A stretch of 64,000 bases of DNA from Camelus ferus (lineage: Eukaryota). The notes under the pieces were generated by a model that was not told the origin of the DNA, did not search any database, and worked only from the letters and a program-made list of their open reading frames with translations. How positions within the stretch are numbered: the stretch's first letter is position 1; the number at the start of each line of letters is the position of its first letter. Made by a program: the position numbers and the translations under genes. Below, piece by piece: positions 27,481-41,488 of the stretch. The stretch spans positions 42,658,001 through 42,722,000 of the forward strand of contig NC_045696.1 in NCBI RefSeq assembly GCF_009834535.1. The letters run 5' to 3'.

Positions 27481-29569
27481 TTGTTTATACAATAGACTGA
27501 TGAATTAGCGAAAGCCAGCACAGTGAAATTCAATATATTAGTGGCCTTGTTATTTATTTACTTGTTTTAATGAGTAATTGGAGCAAGCACTAAGGTTGCT
27601 TTAAGATGTAGGCTTAATTCTTTCTGTCTTTGCATCCCAACCAAGAGCAGGGAAGTAGGGGAATGGCCAGACTGGAAGTGGCCACTTCGCTAGGACTTCA
27701 GAAGATAGCACATAAAGGTAGAGAAAGGGCTCGCAGATGGCCTCACGGGAAAGAGCTCTGAGATGATCAGAAACATTCAACTGGAAGTATATTGGAAACA
27801 AAGCTAAAGGCTATTTAGTAATTCTTTTCTTTGCCAATGAAAACAAATACCTCTCAACAATATAAGTTCAAGATAAAAGAGCAAAGAGCTGCCAAACTTA
27901 TCAGTGTGTTATCCTTAACTTTAGAGATTTTCGGACAGAGCCTAGAAACAATGGCAGATAAATGGCAGACAAACAAGGACCTTAATTTATGATACTCAGA
28001 CATATTTAATCACCAAGACAAGATGAATTAGGCTAAATAGAGTGTTAGTTCTTCTTTTTGGTAGATTTTTGCCACATTTCTAGTTACAATGGAGAAGTCT
28101 GAGAGTGTATGTTTGAAATACAGGCATTTTGGGAACAATATATTTTTGGGCGATTAAGAGAATTTTTGACGTGAGAAATATATTGTAAATCTCACCATGA
28201 TACCCCCATCCTTCTTGTAATGCTTATACTATCACAACTAGTTACGCCCTTAACTCCAAAAATTTTTGTAAATACATTGAGGCAGAAACTTGGAATAAAG
28301 ACAAAAACCTACAAGAATGTACATTAATAAAGATGAAATCTAGGCTGAGCTAAGAAACTGGAGAGACATCTTCTCCAGTCCACCTATATCAAGATAAGAA
28401 GGTGAAAGGAGGGATTTAAATCCCGGAATCTGCAGAACAAAGGCCTGTCTTAGGTGGATCAGCAGTGCTGCTGGAGGCGCATATTGTAGACCCCTTTGAG
28501 CAGATACCTGTGCAGTCCCTTATCTGTGAAGTCCATTACCAAGATAAGGCAGCATTATGGCTTTCATCTAAAGGTGGAATGCCCTCATCTGCAAAGTCCT
28601 CTTTTTATTATCCACTTACTTCTTTGGAACATTTAAAACATTTTTTCCCGTTGTCTGGTTCTCTCTTTTCTTGCTTCAACTCTTCAGCTTTAAGGAATGA
28701 TTGATGACCTTCTGGGAAACTGACCTTTAACTCTTATTTCCTGCTTCTTGATTTTATATCTTTCCTTTGGCATGATGCCTCTAAAAATTAATCCCTCAAT
28801 AAGGTGTTATTTGGCTCAGCTCTTGGAATTTCCATGCATATGAGTTACCATTACAGACAGCCTCATAGGTGCCGCGGATACTTATTGAAATAGTTACCAA
28901 AATCTCTTGGCCTGTACTTGTCCATATGCAAAGAATGCCTGGTGTCTATAGGCAGTAAAGTAAGACTTGTGTACAACTGATGTGTATCCTTTTAAGCTCT
29001 CAAACTTTCTTCAACATTTTGAACTAGTTTTGATTTTTAAAACCTCCAAAACTGTTTCACAAACTTTCTTGCTTTTATAAGCAGAGTATGATGAGCAAAA
29101 TTTAAGCATTTCTTGATGACTCATTTTAATTTTGAAAATTAACTACTATATCACAACATAAAAGAGAGTAAAGGCGCTATGCTAACTGGTGCCGACAGCT
29201 ATATATTTTGCATCCTTATGTCAGAATTATTTTCTATTTCCTTCCCAGTTTTTAAACTATCAAATATACTGTTCTCCAAGATCTCCCTGACTTCTGGGTG
29301 TTGTTTGTAATTGGGACCCTGGATAACCAAATTGATTAAAATGATGTCATTCGTAAAAGTAGGGGGTCTCTGACTGATGGCTGATGGCCTTTCCTTTTAG
29401 CAAAATGTAAGATATTGAATTCTTGAGCACTGACACTTATTGGGAATGTTTTAGAGACATTTCCAATTTACCTTTTGGTTCTCAGATTCCGGAAACATTA
29501 AGTCCTCAAACCCTCTGAGAGTGGTATAACTTTCTAAAGTTTCCATGTTATATAATGAAGCCAGGTAGA

Positions 29570-29760
29570 TACAGTTTGAATCTTGTTTCTGTTGCTTGCA
29601 AGCTTGAATAAGCTGCACAGGACTTAGGAGTCTCGTTTTAGTCATCTGCAGAACTGTCATATTAATGGTGATCGATGTCAAGGGTCTTATAAAGTGCAAG
29701 TTAAATATTCTTTGTGAAATTCTTGGTGCATACAAGGGGTTTAAAACCTGTTACTTGAAT
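29570..29760 (+). mobile_element. MIR relic
   Basis: gtttgaatcttgtttctg...gtctcgttttagtcatctgcagaa. Confidence 0.5.
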
Positions 29761-30473
29761 GACTATAGGGAGACTGACTGATCTTATACGAAGCTGAGAT
29801 CAACTCCATCATGTATCGTGAAGAAAAAGACTGCATACAGAATCTGGAGTGGAATAGACTGTTTCACAGACTTTATCTGTGCAAAACCAAAATGCACTGT
29901 TTACCATATGCAAAGCCATATGTGAAAGTCACTTTTTTTTTTTTTTCAGTTTTAACTGTCTCTGTTGTTAGAATTCTTAAATGGAAATCTCTGTCTACTC
30001 TTTAGACCATGACGTTAGTGATGACCAGTTGGCCAGGAGCCCAAGACCAACCCCTTGTCCCTGCCCCTGCCTCCCACCAAGTGATTACCCTTTCCAAAAG
30101 ATACTTTCAGTGAGGCAGCGCCTGTCAAAGCACAGTGAGAGTAATGCAATTATATCCAGGAGACTGGGACAGGCAGGCCAGAGTTAAGACTGTGTGCCTG
30201 AGTGGTACTTGTTTGAAAGGTAGCATTAGCTCTTTGGTCTTTGATGAAAGCATCACTTCAGTGCTACTTTGGGGTATCTTTTCAAGCTACTAAGGCAGCC
30301 AAAGCCTGTGTCTCTAGTCCCTGGAGAATATACCTTTGGGGGCAGGACTTGGGCCTTTCAGGGACTAAGAGCCTCGTCTTGGCACCTGGATTCATGACGA
30401 CACCCCTCGCCTGCCCCAGGGCTCTCTCTCTCAGGCTTTCTCTGCAAAGTGTTTACCCTCTTTTACTTAAGAA

Positions 30474-30768
30474 CAGAAGTCAGTCAACTCCAGCCACTGG
30501 GCCAAATCTGTGTTGTGTATACAGCAAGTAACAACGGCTGTTACATTTGTAAACAGTTAAAAAAAAAAATCAAAAGAACAACAATATTTCATAACATGCG
30601 AAGGCATTTCAAATTTAAATATTTATGCCCCAAAGTAAAGTTTTATTGGAATACAGCTGCACATTCATTTGTGTGTTATTTATGACTGCGTTCCCATGGA
30701 GGGTGACTCTCAGGCAAAGCCTGAAATATTTATTATCTGGACTTTTACAAAAATGTTGCCGACCCCAG
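30474..30768. mobile_element. MER58B (hAT-Charlie)
   Basis: gggccaaatctg...aaaatcaaaagaacaacaatatttcat...taaagttttattggaatacagc...caaagcctgaaatatttattatctggac...ttgccgacccc. Confidence 0.85.
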
Positions 30769-31882
30769 CCAGAGTGGATTGCCTGAGTCTGTTACTTCAC
30801 CCCAGTAAAATCCATCTGTTTGCCCTTTTTTGTAAATAAGACCTTTCCTAACAGGAACAACTACAAAAACGTGCATCTGCTGTAGAATAGTATGTTTATG
30901 GAGGGTACTTAAATGCTTTGCAGAAATGACTGTGACATTCATTGCTGAGTGTTGCATCCCCTCATTTTGAATGACAGCAAGGAAGTTAATCATGGGCACG
31001 TTCTCAGGAAGCATTCAGAAATCCAGTCCTCGTGGACATTGCCCCTCTGAAAGCCACAGGGTGGATTTATTTAGTCTCTACTCCCTTGGGAATGCTTAGT
31101 AATAGACCTGGACTAATATTTGTTATGGCTCAAGTCATTTTCTCTCCTTTATCCCGGGAAGAGGGAATGGCAGCAAGAAGGAACATGCTGCATCCCCACA
31201 GTCAGACTGCCAGGAAAGGGGGAAAAAACTATAATCATTCACTTCTCTTGCAGGAGCCAGAGTGAATGAATAGCCAGGAAACACATTTATCAAGTGTCCT
31301 TCTTTTCAGAGTGCTCTGCGCTTAATTTAGCTAAATACACACAGATACAAAAGACACAGCCATTATTCCGTAGGAGCCTGAGTCTGAAATCGGAATACAT
31401 AGGTCAGACTGGTGTGTATTTCTGACTCCAGAATGAAGCCCTCAGGCATGCTGCTCTGTCTGTGCAGTCCTGTTGGCTCAGACTTTCTCTCTGCTTCCAT
31501 GTTCTGCTGGTTCTGGAGCACTGAAGGGGGTCCTCAGGGGATTAGTCTTGCCTCCAAACTTATGTTCACTCTGGACCCTTACCCTATCTGCTGCATCACA
31601 CTTAGACACATTCTATGCTAAACTCAAGAACCCAGAAAAATTCCCACTTAAAAAAAAAGTCTGCTTTGAATCTTCCAGAAATGACTCTTCTAATTTCTTA
31701 TTAACATCTCAGCCATTGAGTATAGTCTCCTTATATATCCAGTTTATATTTTCTTTGTTTTTGCTAGTCCTAATTCTTCAATTAAATGTAAACTCTTGAG
31801 GCCAATTAAAGATTGTGTCTCTACTTCTAATGAACAAATCCCAGCATTCTAGCATTTACAGATACACACAGAGACACACATG

Positions 31883-32491
31883 GAGCTTAACCTCATTATT
31901 CTCAGATTTTTGTATTTGCAAATTCACTTATTCACTAAAACTTATTTGTGACCCCCAAATCAATACTCATATACTTTCATGGTCATTTGTGGACATATGC
32001 AGAGTCCATAAGAATTTGGAGTTGCCTGATGTGTATGTTCTATTCTCATACTGTAAACAGGTGTCCTTTGTGTGGTCTCCTTAGTGCCATTAGTGCTTTT
32101 TGTTGCTGACTTTGTTTTTTAAAATGCCCCTAAGCATAGTGCAGAAGTGCTGTCTCAGTGCTGTTCCTCAGTGCAACAAGGCTGTGATGTGCCTTACAGA
32201 GAAATTATGTGTTAGATGAGCTTTGTTCAGGCATGATTTATAGTGTGCTTGTCCAGGAGTTCAATGTTAATGAGTCACATTATACATTAAATAAGATATC
32301 TCTGAGCAGAAACACACATAAAATAAGGTTACCTACTGATCTACTGATGAAAATGTGACCAGAGACTCACAGGAACCTAACTGTGTATTTCTGCTAGGAA
32401 CAATTGTTTGGTATTCAGTAGTTCAGTCTTCATAGTGACTTTATAGAACATAATTATTACTACTGTGAATAATGATAAAAATTGAGAACTG
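31883..32491. mobile_element. MER82-type Tigger element with decayed transposase N-terminal (HTH) remnant
   Basis: cctcattattctcagatttttgtatttgcaaattc...aaggctgtgatgtgccttacagagaaa...gagttcaatgttaatga...caggaacctaac...gactttatagaacataa. Confidence 0.8.
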
Positions 32492-34488
32492 ATAAATATA
32501 TATGTGTACATAACTTTACATATATTTTTTTCTTTCCAAGAAAGCTGGGGTTGTTGGTGGCTTTGGGGACATTTTTCTGTACACTTTATGGAACCATGAG
32601 CTTGCAATGCCTAAGTCTTCAGTTGCTCATTTCCCCATTCTGTGCCTCCTGTCCCCTTCCAGAGACATGCTTCTGATGTTGAGTTAATAGACCAACAACT
32701 GAGAACCAAAAATAGCAGGTCATTTTGGTTATTGTGGAATAATTTGATGCTACCTGTCTGTTGTGAAACCATAGTTTTCTCTCCATTTCAGCATGAATCG
32801 ACAGCCTGCCTTTACCTTGATATCAGTTGCCATAGTAAAAGGAAAAATAGGCTTTAATTCAGAAGTGACAAGTATACAGCCCACTTCCATCTCCTCTGTC
32901 ACCTCTTCCTTCTCCTTGTTCATGGTACATGTTGCTAATTGCCTGTGGTCCTCCTGCTGCACCCTGATGTGACTATAGCCTCATTCTCAGCACAGTGCTA
33001 TAGTAGGCCACTAATAATGGACTGGAGTGGGGATGCTGGTTGAAACTGTTCCCCATAACCCCCATAAGCATAACATGTTTCCATCTGCTTTAATAAACTC
33101 TAAATTTTATTCACAGTGTGGATTTTGTGATACTCAATAAAAAGCTTCTAGGAAACAGTTCTGAATGGGCTGTATATTACCGAGTAATACAGGGTTGCAG
33201 CATAAACTTGTACTGGCTCCTTCTGTGATTAGGCAACCTTCAACCTTAGTGTACACAGTAGATGTGCTCACAGTAACTAATGCCACCAGTCAACATTTTC
33301 AAGAATGGAAGTTCATCCTGCTGCTTTTCATTGCAAAGAAGAGTGAAGTTAGATCAGAACAAAACTTAATTACCATGCCCTATTTGTTCTCTCTCATTTC
33401 TTTCTCCCAAGCTGGATTTCCATAAATACTCTACAGTGTCTTCATTCATAAGGAGGCTCAAAATGCAAACATGAGTGCAGTTCTTTTAATATATTATAAA
33501 CTCTAATTTAGAATTTTCCTAAAATTTACTATAAAATCTGGTGAACAATACTGGAAGTTTTAGGGATATTGCAAATAAATAAATAAGGGATGTTCTGTAT
33601 AAATTAAATACTTAGAGAAGCTTTCAATAAGATATATTTTTTGCCAGTTTTAAAAAATGGCTTGGATTTAAGGAATGCATTCAGGAAAGAGCTCCTTTTC
33701 TCCGCTGTTGGCTTTAACAAATTATGTTGAATCTCTGTTCCCCATATGTTGATGATAACTTGGGAAAATGACATAACTTTTCTGGTATTACCCTTTTCAG
33801 ATTGAAGGGGTTCAGTTTGATCTAAAAAAAATAATAACATAAAATCCTGTCTTCCATGCAGTTGAAAGTTTGTCCTCTTCCCAGGTCAGGCCTGACCAAA
33901 GACTTCCCAGACCAGTAATGGGGTGGGGGGACGACTTCAGTTCTTCCAGTGTTCCTTGCTTCAACTCCTCCCCTCTTTGCTTCCTGCTTCTGGCTCCTCT
34001 GGGAACAAGGAGGAAAAGGCAAAGCATGATCTGCCTGGCTCTGTCTGTAATTACTGAGTATTCATTTCATGGTCTCCATCCTGCAGTGCTCTCTCTTGGA
34101 AGACTTGGGAGGGTTTTTTAAAGAGACATTCCCCACTCTTAATCTCGTGCATCTGCGCTGAAGTCCTCTGTCCTGGAACGTACAGTTCTCCCTCAGCTCC
34201 TGCCCAGGAATTTCCTCTGGGAAACTTTAATGCCAACAAGAAGCTCTGGAAGGCAGGATCCTTTCAGAAAGGATCTAGCCCAGTTCTCTTCTGCAATGGC
34301 TTATTGAGAACTTCATGTATCCTTGTTCTACCGAACTCTGGAAATGTGTGCCACTCACATAGCTCTCCTCTCTTCTGGCTTTCAGGCTAGGATCATGCAC
34401 AAGTCCTCATATTCTCCAAATTCTGAAGAATGTATGTCAGATTTTCCAAAGACCCCTTTCACTGCATTCAGCCATGGTCCTATGATGG

Positions 34489-34850
34489 TGTCTTAGTCCG
34501 TGCAGGCTGCTATAACAAAATGCTACAGACTGGGCAGCTTATTAACAACAGCTATTTATTTCTCACAGTTCTGGAGACAGGGGAGTCCAAGATCAAGGTG
34601 CTGATTTGGTATCCGGTGAGGGCCCACTTCCTGGTTCATAGACAGCTGCCTTCTTGCTATGTCCTCACGAGGCAAAAGGGATGAGGGAGCTTTCTGGGGT
34701 ATCTTTTACAAGGACACTACCCACGTTCACGGGGGCTCCACTCTTGGGATCTAATCACCCTCCAAAGGCCCCACCTCCTAATACCAATACATTGAGGGTT
34801 AGGATTTCAACATATTAATTTTGGAGGGACATCAACATTTAGTCTAGTGG
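34489..34850 (-). mobile_element. MLT1A0-like MaLR solo LTR
   Basis: tgtcttagtccgtgcaggctgctataacaaaat...tctcacagttctggag...aaaggccccacctcctaatacc...gttaggatttcaacata. Confidence 0.9.
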
Positions 34851-35238
34851 GTAGCATCCAACCCACAAGCTCAGTGCTTCGAAAACATTAAGTCTGCAGG
34901 TCACTATTCTTTCCTTCCGAATGGCCCCAGGTTTCTTTTTCAGAGGTTGGCTTACTGCCCGCTCCCACTTAGCTCAAAATTTGAAAGAAGACATAGCCTC
35001 TTTCCTTCCATTGGAGGAAGGGAAGGAAAATGCCACAGTATTATTTGTTTCTATTAATTCCATCATCCTTTCCTCTCATAAATTGCTCATGAAATTCTTA
35101 ACTTTCCATAATGGGCAGAGGTGATTTTGTCTACCGTTGAGAGTATCCCTTGGGGAAACAGTGTTTGCATGTGTGATCCATTGTGCTCAGCTCTGGGGTC
35201 TTACTAGCACACCAGAAACCTAACATAACATACACAAC

Positions 35239-35578
35239 TGTTACAGTCGGAGTACCTTCCCCCAAATCCACATGTTGAAACCCACCCTCCCAACAGAATG
35301 GTGTCAGGACTTGAGGCCTTTGGGAGATAATTAGGATGAAATGAATGGGATTAGTGTCCCTCTAAGAGTCACGAGTCTGTCTCCGCTCTCCATCACGCGA
35401 TTACAGGGAGCAGTGGGCAGTCCTCAGCACAGAAGAGGGTTCTCACCAGAACTTGACCATGCTGGCACCCTGATCTTGGAACTCCAGGCTGCAGAACAGC
35501 TCTGAAATGAGATGAAATTCTGTTGTTCATAAGCCACCAGTGTGTGGTGTTTTGGCAACAGCAGCCTGAACTAGGACA
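35239..35578 (+). mobile_element. MLT1A-like MaLR solo LTR
   Basis: TG start; ccccaaatccacatgttgaaa...ggcctttgggag...ccatgctggcaccctgatcttgg...cagcagcctgaactaggaca end. Confidence 0.85.
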
Positions 35579-36129
35579 ACAGTGTGCTTGTGAAACAAGC
35601 CATGCCCACCACCACTTGGGCTGGTTTTACGATAGTTTTTAGAGTCTCAAGAAAGATACAGATTGTAGATGTCAGTGAACTCATCCACGTAATGGTTACA
35701 TTTCTTCTTCGTTGTCTAGGACAATAATTCAATTTGGCCTCAACATCTCCCATCGTAGTGAAATCTCATTGTATTTGGAAACCGCTCCAGGTATATCCGT
35801 CCACGTATTAAGCCCAGGTCTGCTTCTCTCTAATTTCTCCCCAGCGTTCCCTCTTCTTCTGTTCTTAGAAGCTAAACAGGGCAAGCTGTTCTCTCTCTTT
35901 CACATGTGAATCTTTAAGTATCTAAGGAGAACACAGATGTTTTTCCTCTTTTCTTCCTTGAAGATTCCACATTCCCATTGACTCCACTTGAAAATGAGGA
36001 TTTCAGATTCTCTCAGAACAGAGGTCTCTTTTGGACACAGTTAACTTGTCCAGGTGGAGTTCAACGTACACTGAGTAGAATCTGAACATTGTCATCTTTG
36101 TTTTTGGATACCCTGCTTCTAAAGTCCAT

Positions 36130-36430
36130 GCCTCCCATGCCCAAGTCTCCTTTTCCTGGTGGAATCCTTTTCATTCTGTAGAATTCATACATCTTCCTTT
36201 ATATCTCTCCTCTCCTCCTCCTCTGTTCTTAAAGTCGCTTTATATATGCACCTTTATTTTGGCATCTATCACATTGAATGGTGATTTTCTTCATTCATTT
36301 GTTATTTATTTTGCACCACTAAATGCTAAGCTCCCTGAGACAAGGACAAGGCATTCTTCAACACTGGATTCCCCTTTATGTTGGGTACAGCTAAAGACTC
36401 AATAAAGGCTGTTGACCAAAATGGATAAGT
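36130..36430 (+). mobile_element. L2 3' end
   Basis: ccactaaatgctaagctccctgagacaaggac...actcaataaa. Confidence 0.55.
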
Positions 36431-38219
36431 GATTACAGACTAAGGCTCCCTTCAGCCTTTCTAGCAGTTGTATCATGTGGCTGAATCATGCTGAACACCT
36501 TGCCAGTTTACGTTCCTGAAACTATTTCACTTTCGCTCAGCAAAACCAGGTTTTCTCCATTACCTTTACACCTACATACGTGTGTTTTAACATTATGTAC
36601 GTATTGAAAAATTAAGATCTGAGTAGCACATTTTAATTGAAAAGAATTCCAGATTATTTTAAGCTATTAATTAATCCAGAGTTGATCTTTTATTAACTCA
36701 TGTCATCATAGGTACTTGAAGACAATGAAATTTATTTCTTTCAGCCAGTATGTTCACTTTTTCAGATTAGCCTCCTTCAGGGAGATTTTACTAACTATTT
36801 ATATAAAACTTCCTCAAATGCCAACCATTAATAAGCCAAGAATCAACAAAAACAACCAAGTAAAGCAAATTGTGTGGTTTTGCTTTTGTTCTATTTTGCT
36901 AGCAGAGGGGACTCTGAGGGCAGAGCGAGCCTCTCACTCCCATGCCCAAGCCCTGTGTTTTAGACAACGTGCTCCCTTTGTTGGTTCACGTCTGCAGCAC
37001 ATCAAATACAGTCCTTTGCTGTGCTTCTGTGTCTTTTCCTCCCTGAAGACCAGCGCAACTCGTTCATTTTAAAAAGCAATCATTTGGCACAAAGTGCTGC
37101 AAAATGACATCTGAACAACCAAAGCATGTTCTCAAGCCACAGAATACTGGACAGATAAAGCAGAAACTCACTTCCGCATTTGGGATTTTTCTATTCCTTT
37201 GAACTGTCCTTTATTTCCCTTTGACTTTTCACATGGTTGTGTTAAAAAATGCAAATAAAAATGATTCTGGTTAATTCCACTCATAATTTCTGTGACACAT
37301 CTACTTGGTGCATAGAGTTTATTATGTCACATCATATTTTAAAGTGTATAGTGTGGGAAATATGGTTAAAAAACTTATAATTCTATTTTCACTCTTTATT
37401 ATAAAATTATTATTTTTCCATTAACCATGTCAGTACTTACTGGTAATGTAAACTGCACACTTAAAGCTCAGGTGTGCTTGGTCTCTTCAGGATTCCCCCA
37501 CCCCCCACCCCACACCCAGGAAGGAATACTTGTCCTTGTATGATGGATCTCCATGGGAAAATCAGGTCAGGTTACATTAAACTTATCGGACTTGGCTGTT
37601 TAAAATGTGTCATTGTAAGTGTCTGAGAACAAGGAAGAATGAGAAGTAAATGTGAGGAACCAGGTAAAGATGAGTGGAATGTCTAGAAATGAATCTGAAA
37701 TCGCTTTGTCTGTGGTCTAAACTTGCTTCACATTTTTAGAGCATTTCTCTAAGGGTTCTTTTTCTACAACCAAAGGCAATTTTCCAGACCCCTGGATGAT
37801 TATGTTCACTAGAAACAAAAGTGTCTTCCATTAATAGTCTGATTTCTACTTTATATGTCATCAAGATTTTAAGTAGTTTTCCTCTATTTCCTAGTTTCTA
37901 TAAGCTCCCGAAGTTCAAAATTTGCATTCTCTCTAGCATTTAGCACATTGTTGGTGCTCAATAAATGTTTAACAGTTGGGATACTTATGTTCAACAGCTG
38001 CAACGTGGACTCCAAGGACAGCTGCATTTTAATGATGTGTGAAGTGATTTATATGTAAGCTGCTAAAACTCATAACTAAAGCACTTAGCACTTTAGGCTC
38101 CCCTGGGATGAAAGGTGATAGATTAAGGTAAAATGGTATTATTATTTAATTCTGAAAGAGGTAAATTATACTGGCAAAATGCTATTTGATGTTGCTGGCA
38201 AACCGCTGTGGTCTCATGC

Positions 38220-38380
38220 TTCGCTGCCATCAGGAAACATGGTCCAGTGGTTGGAGCTGTGGTGTAGGAGGCAGGAGTCCTGGGGACTATTTCTGGTCAA
38301 TTCACTGACTCCCTGGGTGACCTTGTCAACTCATTTAACCTCCCCATGCCTCAGTCTCCCTCCTTAGGAACTGAGAAGGA
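38220..38380 (+). mobile_element. MIR relic
   Basis: ctgggtgaccttgtcaactcatttaacctccccatgcctcagtctccc core. Confidence 0.7.
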
Positions 38381-40717
38381 CAAAACTTTTCAAGACTCTG
38401 CTCTGAAGGGACATTTTATGAGTAAACCTTTGAACTGCTTCATCAGTTTTTTAATTTTTTTTTTTTCAGCAATGGGTTCTTTATTTTTCTTGCAGCTGTG
38501 CTGTTGGCTGTAGGAAGGCAGTACATATTAGTATGCCCTCAGCAGGAACACACAAAGTGAGCACTCAGAGTGACCATGGGCTCCGGATTCTGTATTTCAG
38601 AACAGACCCCAGTCCATGTCACTGCCTCAGACACTTTGATTCTGTACCTGTCCATGCACACCTCTTACCACTTTGTCCTCACCATTTTTTTTTACATGGA
38701 TTTTGAAGAAAAGAAATAAGCACTTTCTTGAATCCGTGGTGGTGAGATCAGTCTGGATTGTGTATCAGCTCTGGCAGCAACCAGAGAAGAATCTGTTCAG
38801 TTTGGGAAACTTAAAGCTTCTGATCCTTGAGTTGAAGGAGAGAGCAGAGGACAGCGGAGGGTCCTTACGTCTGTCTGCTTCAACTGGTGAGCCCGTTGAA
38901 TGAGGAAATCCTGTAGATGGAACAGATAGCATTCAGATTTTATAGGACCAGATCGTGAATTCTGACCACTTTTTTTCACTCTGAATTCCTGGAACGGCTA
39001 CTTGGGCTGCTGGACTCCTGACAACACCTAGACAGACATAGAGCAATTCATCCACACCACCTGTCAGATGTAAGTTCTTTAGGAAATTGGTAGATGTGAG
39101 GTGTGCAGTATGAGGAGGAAAAAAGAGGGGACAAGGGAAGATCAGTATATAAAATATATTGAGTTTTCTTGATTAATAGATTGAAATGTCCCAATGAGAT
39201 TCTTTCCTGATGACTTCTTATCACTTATGAAAATGTATTGGGCTTTTCTTGGGGGTACAGAGAGTGTCTGCCACTGACTCAGATCCTCATTTTAACCATC
39301 TTTAGGAACACAACAGTTAGCATGTACTTAAATAGCACAGTGGCTTCTGTACAGGGAAACTGAAGTGACCGTGAAGTATTTTGGAAATAATAGTGACCTT
39401 AAAGAAAAAAAAAGAGTATGGGCACCATAAATACACTCAGCTACTCGTGTGAGTTTATTAGTTATGGCTGCTGGATTGCTGTCGTATTTTTTTCTTTCCT
39501 GATGGTAGTTATAAATTATACTACGATTTGTTTCTATTTTGTGGTTATTTTACATGGTATCTTATGTCCAATTTGTGCTTCATCTCTTATGAGAACACGT
39601 GCTATAGTTTATAAGACTCTCACATCCGTGGATTGACAAATAAACAAAGAATTGGTTAGTTACCTATTTCCAGTATTAATCAAGGAATTTATGATGCAAT
39701 AAAATAAGATTTAACCATACAACTACTTTTAATATTAAAATTCCCACAGGAAAACTGGTTGATACTGTGAGTCCAGAACACTAATTACAGCACAATAGTG
39801 TCTACAACTCTGTTTTCCCCCATTATAATTATTGCTTTTATAAGGATTTTGGTTAACATGAGGTTTCTTAGGAATTCAACTTTCAGATTTGGGCAGAAGA
39901 GGCAATATGTACTAAATGCCAAAAATTCCTCATCCGAAAAAAAAAATATGTGTACATATAATACTTAATACAGACAGTAAGAAACCTAAAGATTTTATGC
40001 CAAATGAAATAAAGTGTTAGGAAAGGAGAGAGTTGCTAATGATTATTAAGAAATTTCAATGTTGAGTTCACTGTGGTGATTTTGGAGGTATTTTGAGGAG
40101 ACATTAATACATCAGTTATTGTTGGTGAAGGTGGATGTTAACCCATGAGAGAGGGATTAAATAGAGCAATAGTTTAAAAAAAGTGTTGCATTTTATAAAA
40201 TTAAGGCAGTTAATTTATCCAATATGTAGTATGCCTCAAATCTTTGTGACTCAGTGAAATCAGACAGAGCTGAATTATTTTGATTTACTTGACTTAATGA
40301 GGGTGAAAACAATACAATTACTGACTACTAGCTTTATCAGCGACTCTGTGAGGTATACGTTACTAACCACAAGGAAAAGGCAAGTAGCTTGTTCAGGATA
40401 GCACAGCCAGTGGCAGAGTTGGAACAGCACATCATTACTCCACGGTCTGCACTCAGAACCTCTGTGCTGTGTTCCCTTTTCAGGAGTTTCATGAATACTG
40501 CAGAACCCAGAGGGCTGGCCGTAGGCATGCTGTGATGTTGTCCATATTAGCAAAATTACCTTTGGGAGATTCTGATTCAGCTATTTTCCCCTATCCACAA
40601 TACACTTAAGCCCCAATACACACACAGGCACATACATTATCAGTTCGTAAGATAATTCACAGTACTATCTCAGAATTGTAAATACCTACAAATAATAAAG
40701 AAGTGCACACTCATGTC

Positions 40718-41259
40718 TGTAGGTCAAGAACCCTGAGGATCTGAGATATTATCCTATGTGTAAGCTAAAGAGCCTGCCATAGATTCATGAATGCTAGGAG
40801 AAGACGTGAGATTCTTGGGTCAGAGACAAAAGAGTTGGTTACTCATGGCAAAACAGGCAGCATAAGCTTCCTGTCTGCACTGGTTCCCCTCCCCATCTCC
40901 AGATCCCAAGGGCGTCACTTGGTGATGGACCCAGGCAGGTGCTGCACGTGCAGTGTATTTGTGTCACAGATGAGAAATCCCAATCTTTAAAGGGGTTGCA
41001 AGCAAAACTACCCAACCTTTGCCTAGAGGGAGATCTCAACATGTTTTATTATCTTTATTATATTGGGCAGGAAATAAATCTGCCCTATGCCTAGGAGGGT
41101 GACACTATTTCTATCTTCCTAGGCTATTTGTCACTCTTGAAAAGAAGACCTTAAAAATATATTTTTGAAATGATAGTCTGGAATAAAGGTTATCAGTAAC
41201 TCTGCTCATAAGTTATGTATATACACAAAGGAGACCCATAAAAAAACTGTTTCCCAACA
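40718..41259 (-). mobile_element. ERVL-class solo LTR (MER76/MER74-like)
   Basis: The minus strand begins TGTTGGGAAACAGTTTTTTTATGGGTCTCC and ends ...GACCTACA; about 540 bp. Subfamily is tentative. Confidence 0.65.
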
Positions 41260-41270
41260 ATATATTTTCT

Positions 41271-41488
41271 TTCTTTTTTCTTTTAATTGAAGTATAGTCA
41301 GTTACAATGTGTCAGTTTCTGGTGTACAGCATAATGTCCCAGTCATGCATATACAAACATATATTCACTTTCATATTCTCTTTCATTAAAGGTTATTACA
41401 AGATATTGACTATAGTTCCCAGGGCTATTCAGAAGAAATTTGTTTTTTGTCTATTTTTATACATAGTGGTTAACACTTGCAAATCTCA
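41271..41488 (-). mobile_element. 5'-truncated lineage-specific L1 with perfect 15-bp TSD
   Basis: T-rich tail then aattgaagtatagtcagttacaatgtgtcagtttctggtgtacagc. AACAATATATTTTCT occurs at both 41256-41270 and 41489-41503. Confidence 0.92.
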
